Shown here in pieces: positions 26,477-38,662 of a stretch of DNA of 64,000 nt; positions within the stretch are counted from its first letter, which is position 1; the number at the start of each line of letters is the position of its first letter. The notes below the pieces were generated by a model. It searched no databases. It had not been told where the DNA came from and was given only the letters and a program-made list of their open reading frames with translations. The stretch spans positions 63,172,467-63,236,466 of the forward strand of contig NC_057726.1 in assembly GCF_004010195.1 (NCBI RefSeq). Direction: 5' to 3'. The DNA comes from Chiloscyllium plagiosum (lineage: Eukaryota). Made by a program: the position numbers and the translations under genes.

Positions 26477-26825
26477 GTAAGAAATTGTCCATATGGAGTT
26501 CCTGGGATCTGTTTGGTGGGGTGGGAGATGATCCTGCAGGGAAGGTGATTGGACGCAAGACCTATGCAAGATTTGGGGGTGAATGAATGCAGGGAATGCA
26601 CCGAACTCTTGGTTACCCGAAGCAGAATGGCAGTTGGGAGTTTCTGTGCTGGATGTTAGAGGGGCTAGTGCTGAACTGTGCATTTATCCTACTTGGTGTC
26701 ACAAGGCCTTGTCGCCTTGGGACCGTCGCCAGTGCCTTTGAGGACATTGGTGATTCACTGAGTGGCTTTCACAGCTTTCTGTAGCACACTCTCCCTCTCA
26801 TAATGTCTTCTGTCTCTTTGATCAG

Positions 26826-26890
26826 GTGATACGTTGTTAGCCATCCAGGCACCCTCGGGCACCCAACTAGAGGTCCCCATACCAGAAGGC
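26826..26890 (+). CDS. E2F4: E2F4 exon 5 (marked box)
   Basis: atcag| acceptor, |gtgagt donor; 65 nt; [21 protein letters not shown]. Confidence 0.94.
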
Positions 26891-27033
26891 GTGAGTATTT
26901 AATCTGATATTCTCACACCTCCTCTTCTCTCCTCCTGTTCCTCCCCTCATCCCCCTCCTTCCCTTCCCCCCGTAATGTTTCTCCCACCCCAACCTTTGTC
27001 GAGCAGCTTGCTTGCATGTTATTTGTGTTCTAG

Positions 27034-27307
27034 GGTTTGAATGGACAAAAGAAATACCAGATCCACCTGAAGAGCACGACCGGTCCCATCAACGTTTTGT
27101 TGGTGAACAAGGACACTTCATCGTCCTCCCCAGTGGTGGTACCCGTGCCCCCACCTGAAGACATGATCCAGTGTACGCCCACCACCCCACAGAGGCCAGC
27201 TCTGGCCAGTAACCAGGAGGCTGAGCCGACGTTACCAGCCCGGTCTGCCTCTCCGTCCACTGTCCCAGAGGTAACCCAGCCTCAGCCCACAGCAACAACA
27301 CCCACAG
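27034..27307 (+). CDS. E2F4: E2F4 exon 6
   Basis: ttctag| acceptor, |gtgagc donor; 274 nt; [46 protein letters not shown]...TATTPT (ORF 27037..27441). Confidence 0.94.
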
Positions 27308-28481
27308 GTGAGCACTGCCCACCGCGCTACGGTGAGCTTTCAGCATCACGGTCAGGGGGTCAAACAGTAGATGAGGCAGGGGAATGGAACTGGTCAGCTT
27401 TAGTCAGTTTGTGTATGTCGCCAACATGGGTTCCCATTTAGGACATGGCTCACTGAGCTTGCTAAGTGCACATCATTGACTATCGCTGCTCAGGAACACA
27501 GATCGATGTTGGAGCAGTCGAGTATTTAAATTTTTTTTAGTGAATTAGAGCAAACCTCACATCTCACGAGTGAATGTGAGCAAAGTATTGCAGATGCTGG
27601 AACCCTGGGCGTGAAAAATAAGTGTCAGTGAATTGCGGAGGTCAGGCAGCATCTGAAACAGAATGCTTCCAGTTGACGACCTTTCGTCGGAGAACCTGGT
27701 CAATTCAATGAAGTGACGTTGCCTGTCCCAGATGATGTTGATGTCATCGAGTGTTCTTGAAACTGTACTCATCCAAGCAAGCGGAGACTATTCCATCACA
27801 CTCCAGAGTGATGCCTTGTAATTAGTGGGCTGGCACTCGGGAGAGAGGAAATGAGTTCCTGCAGAATTTGCAGCCATTGACCTGACCTACTGTTTCTATT
27901 GCTTTGCCTTCCTTACCAGTAATGTTAAACGTTTAACTCCTCTGATGTTTCATTTCCCTTGAATTTGTATTATGGCTAATATGATCACAAGCTTAACTCC
28001 ACTTTTGTTTCTCTGTTCTATCCTCCCCCCACCACTCCGCTCACCACCCCAAAGAAATAAATAACCATTGTCAATTAGAAATTGGTCCAATTATGCCCTC
28101 CGATGTATTCAGCGACCCAGTTTTCACTGCTCTGTCGGGAAAAGAGTTGTCACTTGTATACTGTCTTGTCCATATCACCATGGTGATGTGCTGCACTCAG
28201 CCTCTTAACTGCTATTGTGACTGGGGAAAGTTTTGAGAAATTAATTGAAATGTGAAACAATCAGCAAGTGGAGTTTTCGGTATGTGTTGAATGTGAGCAG
28301 AGGTGCCCTTTGACCTCTGATTGGCTGGTGTTGGCTCTTTTGGTATGTCACTTTTACAGGAGGCTTTATCGCAAGGCATTGAACGTTGGACATGAGCTGC
28401 CAACTCTCCCTTTGGACTGGGAGAGATTTATTTTGCCTTGACTTCTAATGCTGTTCATCTCTGCCCTTCCCTCTTATTCAG

Positions 28482-28685
28482 TGCCAAGTGCATCAGCGCA
28501 AGAGTCCCCCAGCAACACCAGCAATGTCTTAAGCCTGGAGCCTCTCAACTTGCTGCCAACACCCACCAGTCAGTCCGTAACCATGGAAACACAGCCGCTG
28601 GAATCCTCAGCCTCGCTGGACAGCAGCACGTCTTTATCCAACCCCACTACCTCCTTTGTACCGATCAAAACTGAACCTTCTGTGG
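28482..28685 (+). CDS. E2F4: E2F4 exon 7 (Ser/Thr/Pro-rich linker)
   Basis: Pyrimidine tract plus ttcag|, donor |gtgagt; 204 nt, phase 1/1; VPSASAQ...TQPLESSASLDSSTSLSNPTTSFVPIKTEPSV resembles E2F4 TRPLQSSALLDS...PNPSTSFEPIK. Confidence 0.9.
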
Positions 28686-29155
28686 GTGAGTTACGTTTCC
28701 CGCTTTCTGGGCGGCATGTGCTTTGAGGTCTTCGGACCTACAGCTTGGAGGTGGAAGCTAATTTGCAAACATTACAAGGCTAATGAAGTGGCACATTGCA
28801 AAATTGAAAAAATGTGAGCTACACGGAGCTTTTGTTAGCTGATGTTGCTAACAGTTCCGTTTTCTCATCTCCCATCTCCTTCCCCCCCCCCACCCCTCAA
28901 ATCTGCCATCATCAGCTGAAAACAAAGCCCATTCCTTTTCATCCCCAACCTCCCTCTCCTCTCCAAATTTGTTCAACATGTCGTCATCTTCAAAATCCAT
29001 TCTCAGAATGCCGTGTTTGAATCTAAGGCTCAGAGATTTTTGCCCCACCATTATAAAGAGGCAGCTCTCGCTAAAGTCACGTGACATCCTATCTGGCTGT
29101 AACAAAAGTTAAACTTCTGTTCTTCATCCTTCTCAATTTTGAAATTCTCTTCCTT

Positions 29156-29443
29156 ATTCCAGCCTCGGGCGACTGTCTGTGTGGAGTTTGCACATTCTCC
29201 CTGTGTCTGCGTGGTTTTCTCCGGGTGCTCCGGTTTCCTCCCACAATCCAAAGATGTGCAGGTCAGGTGAATTGGCCATGCTAAATTGCCCCGTATTATT
29301 CAGGGATGTGTGAGTTAGGTGCATGAGTCAGGGGTAAATGTAGAGTAATAAGGGAATGGGTCTGGGTGGGTTACTCTTTGGAGGGTTGGTGTGGACTTGT
29401 TGGGCCAAATGGCCTGTTTCCATATTGTAGGGATCCTATGATT
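29156..29443 (+). mobile_element. 5'-truncated HE1-type SINE
   Basis: attccagcctcgggcgactgtctgtgtggagtttgcacattctccc...gggccaaatggcctgtttcc. Confidence 0.88.
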
Positions 29444-29669
29444 TTCATCCTTCCCCATGGTTTGGTCCCATTATCTCTGTGATGTCTTAGCAGCTCCCCA
29501 ACCTTCCAGGATATGTGCAGCCCACCTCTCTTGGACATGGCTGGTTTTAATTGCTTTGCTATTGATGTCTCTGGCCTTTGGCTGCTTTGGGCCCTAATCT
29601 CTGAAATACCTTTGGAACCTTGTCACTCCTCTGCCCTGCTGTCCTCAAAGATACACCCTCAAAAGTCAC

Positions 29670-29757
29670 CTCGAGAGTGTGGTGCTGGAAAAGCACAGCA
29701 GGTCAGGAGGTCCAAGGAGCAGGAGAATCGACATTTCACGCATGAGCCCTTCATCAA
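29670..29757 (-). mobile_element. Family-A short hammerhead repeat (degenerate) inside an L2-like 3' end
   Basis: gtggtgctggaaaagcacagcaggtcagg...gagaatcgacatttc..gcccttcatca. Confidence 0.7.
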
Positions 29758-31509
29758 ACATTGCCTGTTTGTCCATACCCCTCATTATTTGACATAACCC
29801 CTTTCGCAGGTTGGTATAAAAGTCTTTTTCCTGATGATGCTTTTGCAGAAAGCCATTGGGACCTTTGTCCGTGTTAAAGGTATTACGTACAAATGTAGGA
29901 TGATATTGTTGAATGGGCAGATATGTGGCAGGTGAAATTGTTTAACGTGGGGACAAATGAAATCTGGGCAAAGGGAAGATAATCTTGTGAAAGAGATATG
30001 GGACTTTGTAATTATAGTAACTTAAGGCTATCTTCACCATTGTCGGTGATAATGACTGAAGCAAAGCAGAAACTGGGATGTATGTAAAAGTCAACAATGT
30101 GCTGAAATAAAGTGAATGACTGTGAATGGATTGTCTTCTTACTGAAAAAGAAATGAAATGTCTACTTATTTTAGATTCTAAGGGGATTGAATATGTAGAC
30201 CATGGTAAGAGCTGTCACGTTGTCCTGAGTAGTAGGCCCCAGAGTAGAATATAGCCTGCTCTTGAAGTGGAGCATGTTCCAAACAAATCTGTGGGAGTAT
30301 TTCAATGAGTGAGTGGTTATGATACAGACCCTTTGGAGAGAAAGTGGAAACCCGAATTTATTGATTCATTCAAATATAATGACTTATTCAGTTTGTATCC
30401 CTAAGATGCTGTATTTCTGAGTGCTTTGAGATGTGATGTGATTAATGTAGCATGTTCATGGCTTATGGTTTCTCAGCCCCTGGGATTTCCTCCCTTTATA
30501 TCTAGCTCTGATTGAGAATAATGATTTGGGGTTGGCTGTGATTAGTTTATAATCCTGAGTATTGCTGCATTGTTACAGTCAGGCCCTTGGTGCATTTCCC
30601 AATTCGTTATGATTCCAGGCAGGATACCACAAATTGTTAAGCTGATGGATGCGGGAGACTCTTCCTCATTCTTGTCCCCTTCTCTCTTTCTTCCCTCCCT
30701 CTCTCGGCTGGTCGCAACAAGGTTAGTTGAAGAATGAAGGCCTTCCAATGAGGGTCCATTTCTCCCAGATGCAGATGAAGTGATGTTTTAACCAGACTTT
30801 CTTAAATTAATAAAGAGAGCTTATTAGTTACTGAAAGGAAAGAATTAGTAGGGCAACAGGAGTAAAGATTAGAAGTAAGAGGTGAGTCCGAACAAATGAA
30901 AAAGTTTCGAAAAAGATATATGGATGTGTGAATTGTTCATGAAGAGTGGATTGTTGAGCATTGCAGCCATTGGAGGTACCAGTAATATTGACATTGGTTT
31001 TTTAACAGTCAATTTCAAGCTGCTCAGTTTTGTAGTTTGGTTGAGATTCAGTTGTTCTGATTCCTTTTGAGGTTACTGAATTCTAGCACAAGGGTGAGAG
31101 GAGAGTATTTTCTGTTGGCCTGTTTCCTTCTGTCTGGCTAGCTAGCTGGTTTCTAGCTAGCCAGAGAACCCCTTGCAACACAGGTGACAAGGGGATAGTT
31201 CCATGACTGTGACCTTCGCAGTATGCTAACTCTCAAACCCAGGCTAGTACATGTTATCTTAGCCCACTGGTACACAAGAGAACATTCATTCCCCTCAGCA
31301 AACTCTAGCACTGTTCAAACTGACTCTTTATCACGTGTAAAAGGATGAACACACAATGTGTCTGCAGTTCGGGACACAGTGTATGGCTTGGTGTTGCAGG
31401 GTGTCATTAGGCAAAAGATCGTAGTCCAGTCTGTCTTGACATCCCTCCGAGATAATCAGGGGAAAGGTTTACAGGCTACAAACTGAAAGGCCAGTAGGAC
31501 ATTTTTAAA

Positions 31510-33200
31510 AATCAAATTAAGAACCAAGTAATTAAAGTAGAGGTGTTGGGCTGGGCGAGGTGTTGGAACTGCATGCTATAGGAGCTGGTGGACCCTATTG
31601 TGGTTCATATCGCCCACACTTGTAGCAGGAATTGGTTGCTTGAGGAACACCATCTCAGAATTGATGAGCTTCGAACATTGCCACACATCAGGAAGGGGGA
31701 GAGTTATCTGGACGCTGTGTTTCAGGAGGCAGTCAGTCCCCTTAGATTAACTACCTCAAGTTGAGTCAGTGGTTAGGCACAGGAGGGTGTGACTATGAGA
31801 GAGGCAGGTCGGGGGATCCCAGAGATAGTGCTGAAGGAGCCTCTGCCCTTGAGCTCGTCTTACGGGGTTTGAAATCCTTACTCCCTGTGTGGGGGGGTTG
31901 ACGGTAGAGGATGTGCAAACTGACCGTTGCACATTTGTACAGTGAACCATTCAAGAGCGGTCGGAAATGGAAATGTAATTGTATAGTACAGTCAGGGGAA
32001 TAGACCCTGTTCTCTGTGGCCAAGATCGAGAGTCCTGAAGGCTGTTTCCCTGCCTGGTACCCAGGTTCAGGATATCTCATCTTGGTTATAGAGGAATTTG
32101 GGGAATGGGAGGGGAAAGATTCAGTTGTTGTGGTCCATGTAGATGCCAGCAAAATGGACGAAAAGAGGCAAGAGGTTTTGCTTAGGGCTAAATCTAAAAA
32201 GCAGAACCAAAAAGGTGGTACGTTCTGGATTAGTACATCAGCTGCAAGCAAATTGGCGTGGGGTCAACATGATTAAAGAGGTAAACACATGGCTTAAAGA
32301 TAGGGAGAAACAAGTTTGGATTCATGGCACCAGTACTGGGGAAGGAGGGAGCTGTTCTGATGGAATATGCTCTACCTGAATCAGGCCAGCACCAGAGTCC
32401 TGGCCAATCTCACAACGAGGGCTGTGGGTAAGGCTTTGAACTAAATTGTTGAGGGGTGCTGGGAGGCAGTTTTAGTTGCATGGAAAGTTATGGAAAAAGT
32501 GAAAATGGGGTAGGGCTCAGCACAGGTTATTAAAGTTTCCAGAACAAGCAATAGGACAGAGAGTATGGAAAAGGTCAGGAATCTAACTAACTTCAGGCAG
32601 GGGCGAACAATGACTGGGCTCCCCTTCTCAATACACGGACTCTGGGTGTTGTGCTTAAATGCACACAATATATGAAACAAGGTAAATGAGCTTGTAGCAT
32701 GGATTGAAGTTGGTGGATATGATGTGTGTATCACAGACGCCGCTGCAAGGGGATCAGGGCTAGGAACTAAGTATCCAAGGATTATGGCCTGCTGAAAGAA
32801 CAGGCAGATGGGCAGAGGGGGTGGCGTTACCTTGTTAGTAAATGAAATTAAATTGTCAGCAAGCAGTGATGTAGAGTCAGAAGGCCTCGAATCCTCTTGG
32901 CTCAATTTGAGGAACAGCAAAGGGACGAAGTCCCTGACAGAGGTTGGGCACAGGCCTCCTAGTCAGGATGTGGGGCAGAAAGTAAATCAGGAGATAGAAA
33001 AGGCATATAAGTAAAAGGCCATGACATTAATCCTGGGGTGGGGGGGGGCCTCAGTATGCAGGTGGACTGGGGAAATTAGTTTGGTAACGGATTCAAGAAA
33101 AAAAATTTGTGCAATGTCTGCAAGATGGCTTTTGTTTGGAGCAGACTGGGGCAGAGCCCATGAGGGGACAGGCAGTTCTGGATTTGGTGATGTGTAATGA
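31510..33200 (+). mobile_element. CR1 LINE 5' portion: ORF1 (zinc-finger/esterase-like) and start of ORF2 endonuclease, degraded
   Basis: EWEGKDSVVVVHVD resembles the CR1 ORF1 SGNH-esterase segment; RGGGVTLLV and HRPP match APE endonuclease motifs (ORF 32808..33014). Confidence 0.75.
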
Positions 33201-34050
33201 AGGCAGGCTTGTCTAACCATACCAGGATTGTACTGCAGGACATTGATCAAACTGTTTGGACAAAATGGGGCTTTTGGTTTTTAGCTGAGGTATTGGTTTT
33301 GCTTTCCTTCTAGGGCCCTGACGTGCCTCCTGCAGTTCACTGGTATCACTGTCCCCTCCTTGTTTGCCCCACCAGTCACCACGCCTAGTTCAACAGTCAG
33401 TGTCCTTTCTGCTGCCTCTCCTCTGTTAGTTTGGGTCTTAATGCACCATCGTGCTGAGAGTTTGGGAATTAGGGATGTGCACAGGGATCTGGGCATCCTT
33501 GTCCATAAGTCACTGGAAGCCCATGTACAAATGCAGCAATCCATTTGGAAGGCAAATGAGATGCTGGCCTTAATGGCAAGAGGATTTGAATACATGAGTC
33601 AGGAAGTCTTGCTGTAATCCTTTCAAACACACACGTTGAATCTTGTATGCAGTCTTGATCTCTTTTATGTGCAGGTTAGAGGCATTTACTGGATTGCTGA
33701 ATTTCTGAGTTGCCTCGACCAGAACCATGTCAAGTTTCTGCTGACCTGTTCTGACTTGCTCCAAATCCAGATGTTCCTGCCCACTCCTCATCTTGCAGGG
33801 CATTGGAGAAACAATGACTTTAGGCTCATGCACTGAATCCTGTTCTGAATAGTGTCCCTACCAGGAGGCAGAAGTGGTGGCTGGCTGTGGAAGAAACTTC
33901 AAAATGTTAAAATCCACTGTTTTTTTTGGGTGATGAATGCTTTCTATCCTTTTCCCCCTTCCACTTGGGGAATTCCCTCCCTACTCTCACCCCCTTCCCT
34001 CATCTGGCCACCTCTGCTCTCCTGGCCCAACCTGTCTTTATTTGTGTCAA

Positions 34051-34225
34051 GATTAGAGTGGTGCTGGAAATGCCCAGCAGGTCAGGCAGCATCCCTTCAT
34101 CGGGAAGGACTCCGGCCCGAAACTCCGGTTTTCCTGCTCCTCGGATGCTGCCTAACCTGCTGGGCATTTCCGGCACCGCTCTAATCCTGACTCTAATCTG
34201 CCGCATCTGAAGTCCTCACTTTTGC
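34051..34225. mobile_element. Family-A repeat with 44-bp inverted arms
   Basis: Arm 34051-34094 is the reverse complement of 34143-34186 (3 mismatches); the spacer holds rearranged hammerhead pieces. Confidence 0.85.
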
Positions 34226-34316
34226 CTGTCCTGACTTGTGCCTCCCCCCCCCCCCCTCCCCACAGCCTCATTGGGTCCAGGTGCCCTAACACACTGTTCT
34301 GCTTTTTTGTTCACAG

Positions 34317-34364
34317 ACTTGGAATTTCCGAAAGAGTTGACAGAGATGTTTGACCCCATTAAAG
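34317..34364 (+). CDS. E2F4: E2F4 exon 8
   Basis: ttcacag| acceptor, |gtaggc donor; 48 nt; DLEFPKELTEMFDPIK. Confidence 0.93.
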
Positions 34365-35129
34365 GTAGGCGTGACTGGATGAGCTTTCACTCTGACTGGG
34401 GGACGGTGACCTGTGCCTCCAACCTGTTCCATGTTCATCTTACGTGATTCTGAGCCCATGAGCTGTGGTCACTGGTCACTCTTGTGCTCTTCTGAAGGGA
34501 ATTATCCCGGGCCGAAACACTGCTCCTGAGTACAACGGGCTGGCTTGTTTTCTGTTCACTCTGATATAATTGTTGGTGCAGTAGTTTGCTACATTTGCTC
34601 CCGGGGCTGAGACTGATTGATGGCTCTGTCCTCACCATAGTCGATCGATGTTCTGACTGAGCACCGTCACTCTGTGTTTGTTCTGCTCTGTGTTGCCCAT
34701 GTGTAAGGTCCCTTGTGTTTCACCTCCATGTCTTCTCCTAGTCTGAGCTCCTAATTTCAGTGAGTTGTCGCCCTCTGCTGCTGAGTTGCACAAATACAGC
34801 TTGACCAACCTACCCATACTCGTGGCTCTGATCAGTGAGGAGACGTGGTGGAGGCCTTTTGTGATCATCAGTTCTGAATATCAGCCCCACCATCTCCCTT
34901 CTCCTGAGCAGTCTGACCTAACTTCAGCCAGGGCTCCCTGCTGTGTCACAATATACCCAAGCCACTGATCTGAGTTCACCCTGTTCAGACCTGACCTGGC
35001 ACTCTCCACCTCTTGACACGCAACCTGTGCCTGGTTCTGCACTGAATTCTACCCCATTCAGTGTTGCCATTTTAACGTGAGGCATCTGAATGTGGCTGGA
35101 AGAATTGTGTTCAGTGACAAGGAAGAGAG

Positions 35130-35535
35130 AGAGTCAAAAAGTTGTACAACGTGTAAACAGACCCTTTGGTGCAACTCATCCATACTGACCAGAAATCCTA
35201 AATTAATCTACTCCCAGTGGCCCCCATCCCTCTAAACCCTTCCTATTCCTGTCCCCATCCATACAACATTTTTAAATGGTGTAATTGTATCAGCTTCCAC
35301 CATTTCCTCTGGCAGCACATTCCATACACGCACCACTGTCTGTGTGAAAAAGTAGGCCCATTAGGTCCCTTTTAAATCTTTCCCCTCTCACTCTAAACCT
35401 CTAGTTTTGGACTCCCCTACTGTGGGAAAAGACCTTGGCTGCTCACCCTCCCTGTGCCCCTCATGATTTTATAAACCTCTATAAGGTCAGCCCTCCGCCT
35501 CCGATGAGCCAGAGAAAACAGCCCCAGGTAATCCA
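35130..35535 (-). mobile_element. CR1/HER1 LINE 3' fragment
   Basis: ttccatacacgcaccactgtctgtgtgaaaa..ttaggtcccttttaaatctttcccctctcac; homologous to 2350-2710. Confidence 0.85.
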
Positions 35536-36339
35536 AGATGGAGGATGGGAAAAATTTGTGATGTGAAAGCTGCTCCTTTTTTGAGGTATTTTCAGTATTG
35601 GAGCTGATCTCCTCAAATGTTTGGAGCAGTAATTACTGCTTTATAAGCTGGTGCATTATTTTGGAACACTTTTTTTGCAATAATGTGACCGGCCACGATG
35701 TGATAGGGTGAGACCAAATCAATATTGGGCCCAGTCAACACGTTACCTTACTCCAGTTGAAGTATCCCCTAAACATGGAGAGTGGAAGTATTGTCTCTGC
35801 TGGGACCAGTTCACCCTAGATGTACCAAGCCATGTTAAAACTTGGTGTGCTGGGACTCCCCAGTGTTGAGATACAGGAATCAATACCAGAACACATCTGG
35901 TTCTGTGTGGATTTTGTTGTTTGATCCTTCAGCATCCTTTTGTTTGTGGTTGCCAGGTTACTTTGCTTGAGAGATCTTGCTGTGCATGCAGTGGTTCTCA
36001 CGTTTCCAAAATCAAAGCAGCCCCCACTATGTTCCCAAAGTCCTTTCATCAGCTTTTGTGTGGTGGGAGGTCCTGAGGTGCTATATAAATGCAAAGTCTT
36101 TCACTACCCTGGTGACTTAATGACTGTGGGACATAAAATGCCAAATTGCTGTTTCGGGAAGCCTTCCAAGAAGCCATGCTCACTAATTTTAAAAACCCAA
36201 ATGTTTGTTTATTGTCAAGACTTTTAATCTTACTCCACTACTTTCAATGGATTGGACCAATGACCTCGTCAGTTGTATCTGTATCTCCTTCCATTGGCTA
36301 TTCACCAAATGACCTGAAGTAAAATAATCCATTTCCGAG

Positions 36340-36600
36340 GCAGTGGGGGTGAGACACTATAGGACATTATCTGGTTTAAAATTGGACAGTGTGGGGTTTT
36401 TTAAGGTTCACCACACAATTAGGGAACTTTGTGGCACATCCTTAGCTTACAGGTGTAGTCAGTTAAGTGGATCCCATGTTGTGGTTGAGTGTAGTGATGT
36501 ATTCTCAGATATAGACTGGGGAAAAAGCAAAGTCAAGCCTCCACATCACTGTGACCCTCCAGTCTCAAACCAGCCACTCCCACCGCCTCTTAACTGAAGA
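36340..36600 (+). mobile_element. Possible Gypsy-type pol remnant
   Basis: ORF 36343..36597 LSGLKLDSVGFFKVH...CSDVFSDIDWGKSK..HCDPPV weakly resembles the protease-RT linker of Gypsy elements. Confidence 0.3.
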
Positions 36601-37139
36601 CAGACCAGGTTTGGATCATTTGTGACCTGGGGTCATTACAATCAGATTCAGTCTCTGCCCTTGCCACCCGCAAGGAGTAAGGAGAGAGGGTCCTTCATCA
36701 AGCATGTCGGAGCTGCTGTGAGCTGGGGTGAAAACTCACCAGGCAAGCTAGTCCCACCCCCAGCCAGACGATCTCTTACTGTTTGTCCACCTGTTGTTTT
36801 CGACGAAGACTCATCTCCAACAGTTCTGTTTCGCCTAGTAGTTTTTCTTCCTCCATCTGACTTGTCTTTGCATGCACTGGCTTCGTCAAGTCTAACCTGG
36901 AAAGTCCCCACTGCTAAACTGGGGCTGAGTTTGCTCATGTGTGTGTTTGTCTGTTTTTCTGTCTTGTCTGCATCAACGTGCTGTTGTTCAGTCTCTGGAA
37001 CTCCATTTCCAGTTGGACCCACTCCCTACCGCGAGGGAGGCCTGCTTTCAGCACTGGCTGTCTTCGGTTTCCCCCAGAGCTCCCTCAGGTTTTCCTGGTT
37101 CCTTCAACCTTCTGAGGTGTGCAGTGTTACAGCAAGGAA

Positions 37140-37513
37140 CGGTAACTTTGCTTTACAGCTACTGAACAACTTTTGGTGTGTGATCACTGTTATAACAGAG
37201 GAAATGTGAAACCCAATTTGTGCAAAGCAAACTCCCAGAAACAGCCGTGTGATAATGTCAATGATCAGGTGTTCTGTTTTAGTGAGTTGCGGGATGGATA
37301 CTTGGCTAGAGAGTCGTGGAAGGTTCCCTGCTCCTCCTGCGAATCTTCTGTCTCCACATCAGGACAGGCAGCGACCCACGTTTTAATGTCCCATCTGCGA
37401 GTGCAATGTTCTGTTGCTACTGCAAAGCAGTGTACATCTTGAACGTGTGCATGTGTTTCTGGAGTAGAACTTGCAACACCTTGTTCCGCAGTGAGAGTGC
37501 TATCCAATGAGGC
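37140..37513 (-). mobile_element. SacSINE1-like DeuSINE, near full length
   Basis: Reverse complement shows a tRNA-like head (gagagtgctatccaatgag), Deu-domain (ccctgctcctcc, cttggc) and tail (cactgttataac..ggaaa..ccaatttgtgc). Confidence 0.7.
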
Positions 37514-38189
37514 AGGGCTGGCACTCCAGGGTATGGTGATGTATAGTGACAGCTGTCCGTATCATTCCCAAGATGCTTTGCAGCAACTCACCAAGGGTCA
37601 TTCGGACAAGGGGCTGCATTTGTGTGGGAGCATCACAATCTGCAAGTTGCCCTTCATACCACACACTGTCCTGACTTGGCTCTAGATAGTCATTCCTTCA
37701 CTGTTGTTGGGTCAACACCCTGGATCTCCTCTACAATACTGGGCACCCCTGCACCCTCAAGATCTGCAGCAGTTCAAGAAGGCAGCTCATCACCTTGTTA
37801 AGGATGCTTAGGAGTGAGCAATTGATGCTGATCCAGCTAGCAACATCCATATTGTGTGAGATGATTTTGTTTAAAATGTCATGGTAAATGACTAATGACC
37901 AGAATGGACTCCAAGAAAGAATAGTGCCCTTTATAATTGGAAGCTTCATTATAAAGTAGCCGAGGGGAGGAACATAAGTGCCTGGGGAGTGTGGCTATAG
38001 CTTTGTTGATTATATTTGGAAATGATTGGGCATTTATGATTCCCACTGTAGCAGATTGAGGGCTTGGCTGGGAGTGGGGAGGTGGTCTGGAGACCAGATA
38101 GAGCTGCTTCGGTGCTCGCTGGCACAAATGTATCACATTACTTGGTCACCTTGCAACACCGTGGCAGATTCCTTGTTTCTGTTTTGCAG

Positions 38190-38234
38190 AATGTATGGAT
38201 TCCGACCTCATAGATGAGCTGATGTCTTCAGAAG
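38190..38234 (+). CDS. E2F4: E2F4 exon 9
   Basis: ttttgcag| acceptor, |gtgagc donor; 45 nt; ECMDSDLIDELMSSE. Confidence 0.93.
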
Positions 38235-38546
38235 GTGAGCATTTCAAACATGGGAACCCCAAGAAGTGGGGGAAGGGTAGGGTGGAGAGATTCTTCTCTG
38301 GTGTCTGAGCTCTAAGAGATGGCTGGATTGGACCATTTCAGAGGAATGGGAGCCCTTTCAGGGACGTACAGTTCATTTGGCTTTGGAGGGGGTGGGGGGT
38401 TTCCCTGTGACCACTGAGAGGCAGCTGGGCAGACCTGTCTACGTGATTCCTCCTTCCTGCATCATTGCCAGCCAGGCCTCACGTTGAGTGCCTCCTGTTG
38501 TGTGCTCCGTTGTTTAACTGTGTCACCTGTCCTGTCTCCCTTACAG

Positions 38547-38662
38547 TGTTTGCTCCTCTGCTGAGGCTGTCTCCGCCACCAGGAGACCACGACTATTACT
38601 TCAACCTCGACGACAGCGAAGGCGTCTGTGATCTATTTGATGTGCCAATACTTAACCTTTGA
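38547..38662 (+). CDS. E2F4: E2F4 last coding exon 10 (transactivation / pocket-protein binding)
   Basis: ttacag| acceptor; [38 protein letters not shown] then TGA; E2F4-type C-terminus with the Rb-family binding motif. Confidence 0.97.

Noticed and set aside
18924-38662. Assignment as E2F5
   Set aside because: Exons 2, 3, 8 and 10 carry E2F4-diagnostic residues ([28 protein letters not shown]); only exon 5 is E2F5-like.
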